Source: Poseidonia sp. (GTDB taxonomy: Archaea; Thermoplasmatota; Poseidoniia; Poseidoniales; Poseidoniaceae). Taken from it: a stretch of 46,182 nucleotides of DNA. Of the stretch, positions 26,901 through 35,489 are shown piece after piece. Position 1 is the stretch's first letter; each line of letters opens with the position of its first letter. The position numbers and the translations under genes are program-made. The notes beneath the pieces are model-generated. The model had not been told where the DNA came from. It saw only the letters and a program-made list of their open reading frames with translations, and searched no databases. The stretch spans positions 1 to 46,182 of the forward strand of contig JADHNB010000003.1 of the NCBI GenBank assembly GCA_016779705.1, given 5' to 3'.

Positions 26901-26927
26901 ACCATCCGCAGCGAGCGCCTTGGTTGA
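23901..26927 (+). CDS. Large hypothetical polytopic membrane protein (about 13 TM helices) with an internal helical-repeat (TPR-like) soluble domain of about 330 aa and a basic C-terminal tail
   Basis: 1008-aa ORF. N-terminal signal-like WMVVLATFLASTPVRAS. About ten TM helices in aa 40-460. The soluble region has TPR-like pairs (ARMIIATGYIALRRLDAAREAL; LYDEALELSLSLVRGDP...ALCLLDTGQWFDAKTVVDELI). Three further TM helices follow, then a Lys/Arg-rich tail. No family was recognised. Confidence 0.65.
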   Translation: MKHHPRTPSMRWSIRAWMVVLATFLASTPVRASTVSASTGVTVDLVAPLGIALVVAIVIRRWFIPQQLKNLQVAFEIDDDLYEVHRITRSLRDSRRLLKEGRTGFGVLLYMMGLTGVLIIIAELLFNADVFSSINLYIVGVLIGIPVFVSPWESLSSLLSSKKRETKTSIGANLLRRLTTLALLLIATGLVLAYGLRVEGSLTPTWLAFGLLAFMAPTIFAYGRIMGASWNMLLISKWRTTRGRKNPIDPEKNGFLGRLFSLVLVLFLLTMPITALNGILTVFYVMLNSPPNSEEILNYGGIIGYTIYLNIDLIADILFQLEFIKSLPEILSLYLTMNIAIVGLAFIFELTRNLILGGQTFGGMFGVTLDTPREIRAEKAAQARQLTFAFAGFSGYTVLLLILVCYKEFGDLMPLTNWLESRGFDEEMRLLTTWLFIAVGQAVFLFAWLLSISRFGTLRKLRFDLNPDERREGAVKLAGGDRLQHLVETAAFNEDIDLLIRIQTHDFPGDQALIRQEQSRASMWEKALRGLWPEAIEESRKLLAQTGGDNDEARMIIATGYIALRRLDAAREALHGLQQPEGYDEPEILSFICEWMDPWHGSVTEDDLWDWENNSVIDHLQMLQNMMRYWSPQPKDMMVHNDRISQIGQLTMVALLRAQRLYDEALELSLSLVRGDPTGVRPRIATALCLLDTGQWFDAKTVVDELIKSDSKDPRVMALGVIFGYGKKGNEHMEVSLLVDDAKTTRHWMDAAPVNAYAALLQKGGLDEALNANVMVAAHEATRRAMPPRFSPSVLANVFQYLVLIPLWVVTGILTYQEIGPAEGLSALAGLLFMHFSYVRFSRQQEHQIKHRDQRGLIKYAKRMRRFKATPQVDNIPIGNHLLMSGILVSVNGVVLDVGFPAWLFERLPKESEKKVRGRLKRRAVNLEKGRTPRVSPLGKAWWLKRPKEHNEDGPMLEREIGPVAYRGRTNYVRKKEPQSLNAAAEGKDELVQNRFIPRNTIRSERLG

Positions 26928-26960
26928 GCACCAACCCATGAGGTAGGGTTCAAAGACCGA

Positions 26961-28295
26961 TTGATGCAGTTAAGGTTCATGGACCAACGAACCGGGGCTT
27001 GGACGCCATCGGAAGAAAACAGGCAACTTGGATTGACGGTCCTTGAAGCGGTCAAATCAAGCGGACGCCTCTATCGAGACGGTCTGGGTATGATCGCTTC
27101 AGAGAACATCGTTTCGCCGTTCGTTCAGGACATCGTGGCCAGCGACCTGCACGGCCGATACGCCGAAGGTCTGCCTGGGAAACGATATTACCAAGGGTGC
27201 GATGATTTTGACACCATTGAATCGCTGGGGATCACGCTAGCAAAAGAGGTGTTTAACGCCCCATTTGCCAACATTCAATCAACTTCAGGTACGGTCTCCA
27301 ACATCGGGGCGCTTAAGGCGCTGGCCAAACCAGGAGATCGAATTACGGCCGTCTCAACCGCCGATGGCGGTCACATCTCGCACGCACGCATGGGCGCCGT
27401 TGGCTTACGAGACTTGGCCTTGACCACCTATCCGTGGGACGAAGCACGTATGGAGCCCGACATTGATGCTGCTTGCGCCATGATTCGTGAAGTGAAGCCC
27501 AAGGTGGCGTTGTTTGGACAATCGGTGTTTTTGTTTCCCACGCCGCTCAAGGAGATGGCTGACGCTGCGAAGGAAGTAGGAGCCGCCGTCATGTATGACG
27601 GTGCCCACGTTTTGGGGCTGATCGCTGGTGGACAATTTCAAGACCCTCTTCGTGAGGGGGCTGATGTGATGACGGGGTCGAGTCACAAGACGTTTCCTGG
27701 CCCACAGGGGGGTTTTTTGCTGTCCTCGTCGGAGGATGAGGCCTACCAGAAGCGCCTCAACACCGCCATGTTTCCTGGGGTGTGTTCTTCCTATCATTTG
27801 CACCATGTGGCCGGCAAGGTCATGGCGCTCGCTGAATTCAAGGAATATGGGGAAGCCTATGCACGAGATACGGTGGCCAACGCTCAAGCCTTTGCCCAAG
27901 CCTTGGCCGCCGAAGGCTTCGACGTGCTCGCTGAGGGGCGAGGCTACACGGCCTCTCATCAAGTGTTGACGCGGCATGGGGCGTTGGACTCAGGTGCGGG
28001 TGCCAAAGCTGCGCATCGATTGGAACAGGCAGGCATCATCACCAACATGAACATGCTTCCCGGGGATACCAAAGCGATGCAACCGTCGGGTCTCAGGTTG
28101 GGTGTCCAAGAACTCACCCGAGTGGGTTTTGACACCGACCTGATGAAGGACGTGGCGAAGTTGTATGCACGAGTGTTGCTTCACGACGAGGACCCCGCTT
28201 CGGTAAAGGCAGATGTTCGAGCGCTTAAAAACGAGCATCATGTCATTCGGTACTGTTTCAACGAAGAAGGTCGCTCGGGCTATCCGGTTGCATGA
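26961..28295 (+). CDS. glyA: Serine hydroxymethyltransferase
   Basis: Contains the PLP-lysine motif TGSSHKTFPGPQGG, together with ASENIVSP, RYYQGC and TSGTVSN. TTG at 26961 or ATG at 26964 could be the start. Confidence 0.93.
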   Translation: MMQLRFMDQRTGAWTPSEENRQLGLTVLEAVKSSGRLYRDGLGMIASENIVSPFVQDIVASDLHGRYAEGLPGKRYYQGCDDFDTIESLGITLAKEVFNAPFANIQSTSGTVSNIGALKALAKPGDRITAVSTADGGHISHARMGAVGLRDLALTTYPWDEARMEPDIDAACAMIREVKPKVALFGQSVFLFPTPLKEMADAAKEVGAAVMYDGAHVLGLIAGGQFQDPLREGADVMTGSSHKTFPGPQGGFLLSSSEDEAYQKRLNTAMFPGVCSSYHLHHVAGKVMALAEFKEYGEAYARDTVANAQAFAQALAAEGFDVLAEGRGYTASHQVLTRHGALDSGAGAKAAHRLEQAGIITNMNMLPGDTKAMQPSGLRLGVQELTRVGFDTDLMKDVAKLYARVLLHDEDPASVKADVRALKNEHHVIRYCFNEEGRSGYPVA

Positions 28296-29327
28296 GTGTT
28301 GGTCTTCATGGAGGAGTTTGAGGACCGCTTTTCGGGGTTCTCGTTTGACGGAGAGGGCGTCATTCTTGATCCCAACGGGCATCGATTGTGCTTGTTTGGA
28401 ATGATGGACTTTGAACGGTTTTGGTCCGCCTTTGATGCCTTCTCGCCAGCCCCCCTCGGGCGAAAATTGCTCTATGCCGCTACGGATGCCGAAGAATCAA
28501 TTCTCTTGAACGGCGGATTTGACACGGGGTCGTGGTTGAAACGGCGGAAATTCGTTCGAAGGCTGGCTGAGCGTAACCTTGTGATGGGTTGGGGTCTGAT
28601 GGGCGGAGGCGCCGTTCGGTTCCCTGCGCACGATGCCGTTTCGGTTGGTGTGGCCTTAGCTCAACACGAGCACATGACCAAGCAACGATGGAAAGTCAAT
28701 TGGGTTCAACAAAACAGCGATTTCATCGCCCTTGAGTTCGTCCTCCAAGAGCGTACCATCACTCCGGCCAGAGCCGTTCAACCGCCCAACTGGGGGGTGG
28801 TGAACGTCGATTCCACCGGTGCAAGTTCCCTGCCCTTTGATGCCGATGTTCGAGACCACGGGTTCTTTTTTGGACAACAGCGGAGTTTTTTTCTTCCCGT
28901 CGCCGTGTTCTACCGACTTTATGCTGAGTTGAACGGGCGACCGCTGAATGTTGGAACAAGTGACGAGGTGTCATTGGAAGTGAATCTCGATGAAGACGCC
29001 CTTCTGTTTCGATGCGTGGTTCTTGCAGCAAAACGGATGTTTGAACAAGGTGATTTTCCGGTTTTCGTCCTTCATAAGGGCGATTGGATGGGTGTGCTTG
29101 AGCAACGAATTTCTAGATTCGGACTGGGTTCCGTGGAGGTTCTTTCTTCGGAAACGGATGGTGATTTTTCAACCTCGTTTCGAATCCATTCTCCGTTACC
29201 GGGCATCACCACCGGACTGGTGTTGGCCATGTGGGAACGTTGCTTTGGTCACCGCGGACACGCAACGGTGGAGATCGGCGAACATTCGGTGGAGATCACG
29301 GTGACAAAACCTGCGCTACATTATTGA
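28296..29327 (+). CDS. Hypothetical soluble protein (about 340 aa), abuts the glyA stop
   Basis: The ORF begins at GTG 28296 immediately after the glyA TGA; the in-frame ATG at 28308 is the likelier start. The composition is protein-like and no diagnostic motif was seen. A faint resemblance of the N-terminal roughly 110 aa to V4R/ligand-binding modules is speculative. Confidence 0.55.
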   Translation: MLVFMEEFEDRFSGFSFDGEGVILDPNGHRLCLFGMMDFERFWSAFDAFSPAPLGRKLLYAATDAEESILLNGGFDTGSWLKRRKFVRRLAERNLVMGWGLMGGGAVRFPAHDAVSVGVALAQHEHMTKQRWKVNWVQQNSDFIALEFVLQERTITPARAVQPPNWGVVNVDSTGASSLPFDADVRDHGFFFGQQRSFFLPVAVFYRLYAELNGRPLNVGTSDEVSLEVNLDEDALLFRCVVLAAKRMFEQGDFPVFVLHKGDWMGVLEQRISRFGLGSVEVLSSETDGDFSTSFRIHSPLPGITTGLVLAMWERCFGHRGHATVEIGEHSVEITVTKPALHY

Positions 29328-29423
29328 CAAAAATCCTACCACTCCTCGCTTGTGTGTCATGAAAACCCGCCCATAAAAGGTCAAGGTTCATAACCGAATC
29401 AACGCCTCGTCAAGAATGCACAG

Positions 29424-32400
29424 ATGTGCGGGGAATCGAACATGAGCCTAAATCACAATCAAATGGCGTATGTAGCAATTGTTTCGACCTTGATTTTTGG
29501 GTCTCTTTTCGTGGGTGTTTCCGGCTTCTTCCAAACCAGCGAAAACATCGGTGGTTTTGACAGCGCCGTTGAGGAAGACATTCGTGGGCAATCCGAGTTG
29601 ATGGAATCGGCCACGGATTCCGATGGCGATGGCCTGTCGGACAAACTCGAGGAAACCCAGTACGGTACGGATCCCGACGACCCCGACACCGATAACGACG
29701 GGTTAAGCGATGGCTGGGAGGTTCAACACGGGCTGAATCCACTGGATAACGGAGAATCCGAGGATCTCGAAGTCGATCCAACCCAAAGCGAAGACACCGA
29801 GGCCGAGGGTCTTGAAAATGAAACCGAATCTTGGCCCGACCCCAGCCAAGGTCCCAACGGAGATCCTGACCGAGATGGACTGACCAATCAGGCAGAAGCC
29901 GAACTCGGCACGGACCCACAACGAGCTGACACCGATAACGACGGCCTCAACGACCGCTGGGAATCCCTCTACACCATGGGCGTTCAAACCCCTGGCGGTG
30001 AGGTGATTCTGTTCAACCCGCTTGACGGCAACTGGGATTGCCTGCTCCTTGACCAAGCCATGGTCGACGCCCTCGAGGCTCGTTTTAACGGCGAGAACGG
30101 GATGGCTGATTGGGATGACCTCGCCTCAAACGGACGTCATTCCTGCGACATGGTGCTTGACACCGATGACGATGGTCTTGCAAACTTCGAGGAGGAAGCG
30201 TTCGGGACCAACCCCACGGCCCGTGACTCTGACAACGACTTGATTGACGATATCGTTGAGGTCGCCAACGAGACCATCGCCCTCTACATGGGCATGGGCG
30301 AACAATGCAACGAAAAATTGCTTGACCCTGTTCCTCGTGTCGGACCTTTCTTTGGCGTTGAACGGAGTTGGTTCATGATGGACATGGACAACGATGGATT
30401 GCTCAATGGACCATCGGACTGGGACACCGACGGCGACGGGATGCCTGATGGCTTTGAGTACTGTTATTCGATACCCGGCATGGCGCCGAACGCCGCCTAT
30501 GTGCTGAACCCTTCAAACGCCTCTGACGGCTACGGCGACTGGGACGAGGACGGCATGAACAACCTTGAGGAGTACCAAGTTGCCCAAATTTTTGGTGAGG
30601 GGAACTTCACTTCACCCTGGCTCGAAGACACCGATCGGGACGACATGCCCGACCAGTGGGAAGCCGCCAACGGACTTCACCCCCGTTCCGCCTTGAATCG
30701 AGACGACGACCCCGACTTTGATGGATGGGACCTTGACGGAGACGGCGATGTCATGTACGACACGTTGGAGAACACAGCCGTCGTGCACACCGTCGATGTC
30801 ACGCTCGGGCAACGGGTCGAAACCAATCAACAAGTGGCTTCGGCTCGAATCACGCTCGCCGGGGGAAACCAACAGGTCATTCCTATGCGGGCCCCCGTTG
30901 ATGGCTATGTGTACGAACTCAACGTCGTGGTTGGTCAATCCGTTGATTCACGATTGTTCAGTTGGATGAACATCGTTGAGGAAGAAGAGCGATTCACCAA
31001 CGTGATGGAGTACAAAGCCAACGACCGAGATCAAGACGGTATCTTGGATGGACGTAGCACGGACCCCCTCAATCCGGATACCGACAACGATGGATTGATC
31101 GACGGCATCGAAGTGATGGGTTGGGAAATCTTGGTCGTCAACCGAGGTGTTCAACCCACTTGGGTGACCTCCGACCCCGGACTTTACGATACGGACGCTG
31201 ACGGCCTATCAGATTTTGAAGAGTTTTCCTCAACCTGTAATCTCGGCGGGTCCAACGCGTCCAATCCCGACACGGACTCAGATGGCTTGACCGACCTCGA
31301 GGAAGCCGGTGATAATTTCATGTGGGAAGGTGAGGCTTACTCCACTTCTCCGTGTATGTTTGATACCGATAACGATGGCCTTGAAGACGGCGAAGAAGTC
31401 ATTGCGGGAGAAGACAATTTCCTCACCCATGCCAACAACTCCGATACGGACGACGACGGCTTGGTCGACGGCCAAGAGGTGCTTTTTGTACCACGTCCGT
31501 TCCAAAATCCCACCAACCCCTTGTTGAACGATACGGATGCTGACGGCATGCTCGACGGATGGGAAATGCAGGTAAAATCCGCTGAGGATAATACAAATTC
31601 ACACAGTCTTTGGGTGGCCACCTCCACGTGGCTTCGCCCCGGGTGTGAGGAGACCCAATCCAGTTCTTGTACCATGCAACCCGGCGGTTATGTCTGGCAG
31701 AACTGGCTCGGTGGCTTTGCATTGGAGCCCAAGTTCGCCGTGAGCGAGATGAACCTCACCGGTTTCCAGATGCCGACCAATCCTCTTTGCAACGGTTGCA
31801 ATGGACGCTGGGCTTTGGACCCCTCCCTTGGCTCATTGAAGGACGACACCTTCGATGTAGACAACGACACGCTCGCAAACGGCATGGAGGCGCCTGACCG
31901 CTGGAACACCAACCCCGTTGACGACGACACGGACGGCGATTTGCTCCCGGACGGCTGGGAGGTTTCGTACTCTCAGCTGGCTTTCGAAAATGGCTTGGCA
32001 ACCAACGAAACCGTTGGCGTATACGGCGCACGTGGTGTGATGGACCCTTCCATGCCTGACAGTGATTTGGACGGTATTGATGATGGTTTTGAGGACCCCG
32101 ATGCCGACGGTTTGAACCGGACCGGGCTCATCAAGCGCTACTGTCCGGGTTACAACGACACCACGAACTCCGAGTGCAACATCGATCCCGATTCCCCCGA
32201 TGGGAAACGCTTCTACGACAATCTTGAGAACTACACCAACTACGAAGAGATGCAAAACGGTACCAATCCAATCTCGAACGACACGGACGGCGATGATTGG
32301 AACGACGGTCCAGAAGTGTACTATCAAGACCATGATGGCGACGGTATGGCCACCGGTTGGGAATATCACTTCCAGTTTGATCCCTATGACGGTGCTGACC

Positions 32401-32522
32401 GTATGGTTGACACCGACGGTGATGGCCACGTCAACTTCTGTGAGTACAAGTGGGACACCAACCCAAGAAACCCCGTCTCTTACCCAGGTCAAGGTGAATT
32501 GTGCGATCCATTTAGTGACTGA
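29424..32522 (+). CDS. Giant acidic surface/secreted protein made largely of thrombospondin type-3-like Ca-binding repeats, with an N-terminal TM/signal anchor
   Basis: 1032 aa. N-terminal helix YVAIVSTLIFGSLFVGVSGFF. More than 20 copies of Dx[DN]xDG[LM]xDGxE (DSDGDGLSDKLE, DTDNDGLSDGWE, DTDNDGLNDRWE, DTDNDGLIDGIE, DTDSDGLTDLEE, DTDGDLLPDGWE and others). An identical 17-mer gacaccgataacgacgg occurs at 29685 and 29928. Confidence 0.85.
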   Translation: MCGESNMSLNHNQMAYVAIVSTLIFGSLFVGVSGFFQTSENIGGFDSAVEEDIRGQSELMESATDSDGDGLSDKLEETQYGTDPDDPDTDNDGLSDGWEVQHGLNPLDNGESEDLEVDPTQSEDTEAEGLENETESWPDPSQGPNGDPDRDGLTNQAEAELGTDPQRADTDNDGLNDRWESLYTMGVQTPGGEVILFNPLDGNWDCLLLDQAMVDALEARFNGENGMADWDDLASNGRHSCDMVLDTDDDGLANFEEEAFGTNPTARDSDNDLIDDIVEVANETIALYMGMGEQCNEKLLDPVPRVGPFFGVERSWFMMDMDNDGLLNGPSDWDTDGDGMPDGFEYCYSIPGMAPNAAYVLNPSNASDGYGDWDEDGMNNLEEYQVAQIFGEGNFTSPWLEDTDRDDMPDQWEAANGLHPRSALNRDDDPDFDGWDLDGDGDVMYDTLENTAVVHTVDVTLGQRVETNQQVASARITLAGGNQQVIPMRAPVDGYVYELNVVVGQSVDSRLFSWMNIVEEEERFTNVMEYKANDRDQDGILDGRSTDPLNPDTDNDGLIDGIEVMGWEILVVNRGVQPTWVTSDPGLYDTDADGLSDFEEFSSTCNLGGSNASNPDTDSDGLTDLEEAGDNFMWEGEAYSTSPCMFDTDNDGLEDGEEVIAGEDNFLTHANNSDTDDDGLVDGQEVLFVPRPFQNPTNPLLNDTDADGMLDGWEMQVKSAEDNTNSHSLWVATSTWLRPGCEETQSSSCTMQPGGYVWQNWLGGFALEPKFAVSEMNLTGFQMPTNPLCNGCNGRWALDPSLGSLKDDTFDVDNDTLANGMEAPDRWNTNPVDDDTDGDLLPDGWEVSYSQLAFENGLATNETVGVYGARGVMDPSMPDSDLDGIDDGFEDPDADGLNRTGLIKRYCPGYNDTTNSECNIDPDSPDGKRFYDNLENYTNYEEMQNGTNPISNDTDGDDWNDGPEVYYQDHDGDGMATGWEYHFQFDPYDGADRMVDTDGDGHVNFCEYKWDTNPRNPVSYPGQGELCDPFSD

Positions 32523-32537
32523 GGTCCCTGAGTTTCC

Positions 32538-34097
32538 ATGATGTCACCTTCTCGTTGTGGTCGGATGGTCATCGCCCTGGCGATGATGTGTATTCTAACA
32601 GGAGCAAGCGCCCCTGGAGCATCGGCCTCCCACGTGACTGTTGAATCGTCCTCAATGGTGGTATCGGTGGACCAACCCTCAGGAGTGATGTTCACGGACG
32701 CCGTCAACCTGAGCGGTACCTCAACCCAACCCTTGCGAAACACCAGTTGGACCATCGTGAACATCAGTGGGTCAACTCCCATCACGGTTCTCAGTGGACC
32801 TTACCTGACTTCGGTGGTTCCGTTAGCCGACGGTGTGTATCGTTGGACACTTCTTGTTGACTTACAAGGCGTTGATTGTACCTGCTATGTTGAATTGTCG
32901 ACGATTGATGAGCAACATCGTCCCTTCTCGGTCCACCATGTGGTGTACGTCGGGGATGACCATCAGCGACCGGTGCTCGGGGTTGACAACCCACAATCGT
33001 ACAACACCCCTCATCTCAGCGGTGAACCCTTCATGTTACAACCCTCCACGACCGTGGAATTGAAGTTGATACAGCCCTCTTTGGATTCCACCAACATCTC
33101 CGTCTTTGGTCAGTTGTGTGAAGCACCGTTTGAGGTATGTTTAGGCCCTCCATTCTCGGTGAGTATCCCCCATCGACTAAACAATCAATCCTTGTATCTT
33201 GATCTCGACGCCAACCAATTGGCCCTTAATGAGGGAATTTGGCGCCTTACGGTCCATGTCACTGATGAATTGCTTCGGTCATCTCACCGAATTTCGCTTC
33301 CGTTGGTTCATGACACCACGCCGCCAGAAACCAGTCTCAACGTCCCGGTTTTGGTTCAAGAGGGGGAGGTTTTCCTCGTCTTTGCAGAGGTTGACGATGG
33401 CTACGAGGGCTCGATTTCAACCTTGACATGGTTTGTGGTTGATAACGAAGGTGTCACAAGGTCCCCCACTGTGGCCGAGCGGTTGAGTGAACATCAACTC
33501 AGCCTGAACCTCACTCGGGCGGGCACGTACACCCTCGAACTCACCGTTCGTGACCATGCTGGAAATACGGCGAGGGTTTCCCAACAAGTGATGGTTGAGA
33601 ATCTCAAACCCATCGCTCGTATCTCAGTGGACGGACTCACGGTGGCCCCTTCCAACACCGTTAAACTCGGACCTGGTGATAACTGGTCATTAAGTGGAAC
33701 CATGAGTCAAGACAACGAACCCATCGAATATCTTTGGGTGATTAACGAGGCCACCTCCATCCGAGGGGTACCGTCGTTAACCCAAACGGATTTTTCCGGC
33801 ACAGGCCTTCATACGGTTGAGTTGATTGTGTTCGATGACGATGGTGCTACCGATGCGCAAGTCATCGAAGTCATGATTCTCAAGCCTCCCCAGGAAGAGG
33901 TGGCTGGCACTTCACCCCTCGCGATGACGGTGCTTGGCTTGCTTATTCTCGTGGCCCTCGCAGCCCTTCCATTCATCAAGCGCCAACGCCCCACTGAAAG
34001 TGATTTACCGAGGTGGCAACCCAGTGCCAAAGCTGACGCTATGTTTGCCGCCTCTCGGGCAGGCTTTGATGCAACGGTTGAAGAAGATGAACCATGA
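32538..34097 (+). CDS. Surface protein with signal peptide, Ig-like/PKD domains and a C-terminal TM anchor
   Basis: Signal peptide MVIALAMMCILTGASAPGASA. PKD-like strings GTYTLELTVRDHAGNTA and GLHTVELIVFDDDGATD. C-terminal helix LAMTVLGLLILVALAALPFI followed by the basic KRQR. Confidence 0.8.
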   Translation: MMSPSRCGRMVIALAMMCILTGASAPGASASHVTVESSSMVVSVDQPSGVMFTDAVNLSGTSTQPLRNTSWTIVNISGSTPITVLSGPYLTSVVPLADGVYRWTLLVDLQGVDCTCYVELSTIDEQHRPFSVHHVVYVGDDHQRPVLGVDNPQSYNTPHLSGEPFMLQPSTTVELKLIQPSLDSTNISVFGQLCEAPFEVCLGPPFSVSIPHRLNNQSLYLDLDANQLALNEGIWRLTVHVTDELLRSSHRISLPLVHDTTPPETSLNVPVLVQEGEVFLVFAEVDDGYEGSISTLTWFVVDNEGVTRSPTVAERLSEHQLSLNLTRAGTYTLELTVRDHAGNTARVSQQVMVENLKPIARISVDGLTVAPSNTVKLGPGDNWSLSGTMSQDNEPIEYLWVINEATSIRGVPSLTQTDFSGTGLHTVELIVFDDDGATDAQVIEVMILKPPQEEVAGTSPLAMTVLGLLILVALAALPFIKRQRPTESDLPRWQPSAKADAMFAASRAGFDATVEEDEP

Positions 34098-34106
34098 GGA
34101 TAAGGC

Positions 34107-35480
34107 ATGTTCGCCGAAGCCGTCGCTAAGTTGCCTCCACAACCAGCGCCGACCTCCATCAGCGAATTTAGAGAGCGTCAGGAACGTTTAACATCGCAGT
34201 TTCGTAACGACGATGTCTTCATTTTGGCCTCTCCCCCCTTTGCTGTTCATTCCAACGATGTCGAATATCGGTACCGTACCTCAAGCGATCTCCTTTACCT
34301 CACGGGCTGGAGTGAACCGGAGTCCGTTTTTGTCCTCCGTTATGACCAGGGTTCGTGGGTTTCAACGCTGTTTGTCCAACCACAAGACACGTTGAAAGAA
34401 ATTTGGGAAGGTCGCCGACCAGGGACGGACGGAGCCCTTGCCGACCATGCCGTCGACGAGGCATACAACAACGACGAATTGTCGGTTCGCTTGTCAGAAT
34501 GGTTGAACGACACCAAGCGCGTTTTCTTGCGAGGCGGCGCCAATGCAGAAGTTGACGATATGGTGGAACGTGCCATTCGGAAACGGGACCGGGCTCGCCA
34601 ACACTTTGGCAGCGGACCGGTGTCCCTTGAGGACCCGTCCGGATTACTGGCCGAGTTGCGACTGCGCAAATCCGCTTCCGAAATTGAGCAAATGGTCTAC
34701 GCAAGCAAGGTAGCCAGTTTGGCGCATGAATTGGCCATGCGTCACAGTCGAGAAGGCGTCACCGAGTATCAACTGCAATCGATCATTGAGGCGTTCTTTT
34801 CCTATGCAGGGACGTCAGGTTGGTCCTACCCCTCCATTGTTGGTTGCGGTGAAAACGCTACCATTCTCCACTACACCACCAACCAAGACACGTGCAATTT
34901 CGATGAGGTTGTGCTCATTGATGCTGGAGCAGAATATCGGGGCTACGCCAGCGACATCACACGCTCATGGCCGATTTCAGGGACCTTTTCGGAGGCGCAA
35001 CGAGAAATTTACGAAATTGTGCTTCGCGCTCAACTGGCGGCCATCGATGCTTGCCAAGTCGGTGCGCCATACACTGCGCCACACGAGGTGGCTCGGCGGG
35101 TGCTTGCGGAAGGTCTGATCGAACTCGGTGTGATTCAACAGACGGTGGATGAAGCCCTGGACATGGAAACTGGAGAATTGCGTCGGTGGTACATGCACAA
35201 CACGAGTCATTGGATTGGTCTGGATGTCCACGACGCGGGCGTCTACAAACCCGGCGGTACCCCCCGGCTCCTCGAGCCAGGGATGTGCCTCACCATTGAG
35301 CCTGGTCTGTATTTCGGTGCTTGGAGGCCGGATGTGGAATGCCCTGAACGTTATGCAAACATCGGCATTCGAATCGAAGACGATGTGCTGATCAGCACGC
35401 AGGGGCCAGTCGTTCTCACCGAAGATTGCCCGAAATCCATTGAAGACATCGAAAGCATTGTCGGCGTATCCTTCGGCTGA
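34107..35480 (+). CDS. pepP: Xaa-Pro aminopeptidase (M24B family)
   Basis: AMP_N-type N-terminus (NDVEYRYRTSSDLLYLTGWSEPESV). Metal ligand blocks VLIDAGAEYRGYASDITRSWP, HWIGLDVHD, LTIEPGLY and IRIEDDVLI. Confidence 0.9.
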   Translation: MFAEAVAKLPPQPAPTSISEFRERQERLTSQFRNDDVFILASPPFAVHSNDVEYRYRTSSDLLYLTGWSEPESVFVLRYDQGSWVSTLFVQPQDTLKEIWEGRRPGTDGALADHAVDEAYNNDELSVRLSEWLNDTKRVFLRGGANAEVDDMVERAIRKRDRARQHFGSGPVSLEDPSGLLAELRLRKSASEIEQMVYASKVASLAHELAMRHSREGVTEYQLQSIIEAFFSYAGTSGWSYPSIVGCGENATILHYTTNQDTCNFDEVVLIDAGAEYRGYASDITRSWPISGTFSEAQREIYEIVLRAQLAAIDACQVGAPYTAPHEVARRVLAEGLIELGVIQQTVDEALDMETGELRRWYMHNTSHWIGLDVHDAGVYKPGGTPRLLEPGMCLTIEPGLYFGAWRPDVECPERYANIGIRIEDDVLISTQGPVVLTEDCPKSIEDIESIVGVSFG

Positions 35481-35489
35481 GTTGAGCCC

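Noticed and set aside
25911-26939. 342-aa minus-strand ORF, together with 22468..23328, 21241..22083, 31833..32492, 36132..36869, 15867..16463 and 45596..46114
   Set aside because: All lie antisense to strongly supported CDSs with recognisable motifs or TM architecture. Their compositions are typical of non-coding frames in a mid-GC genome.
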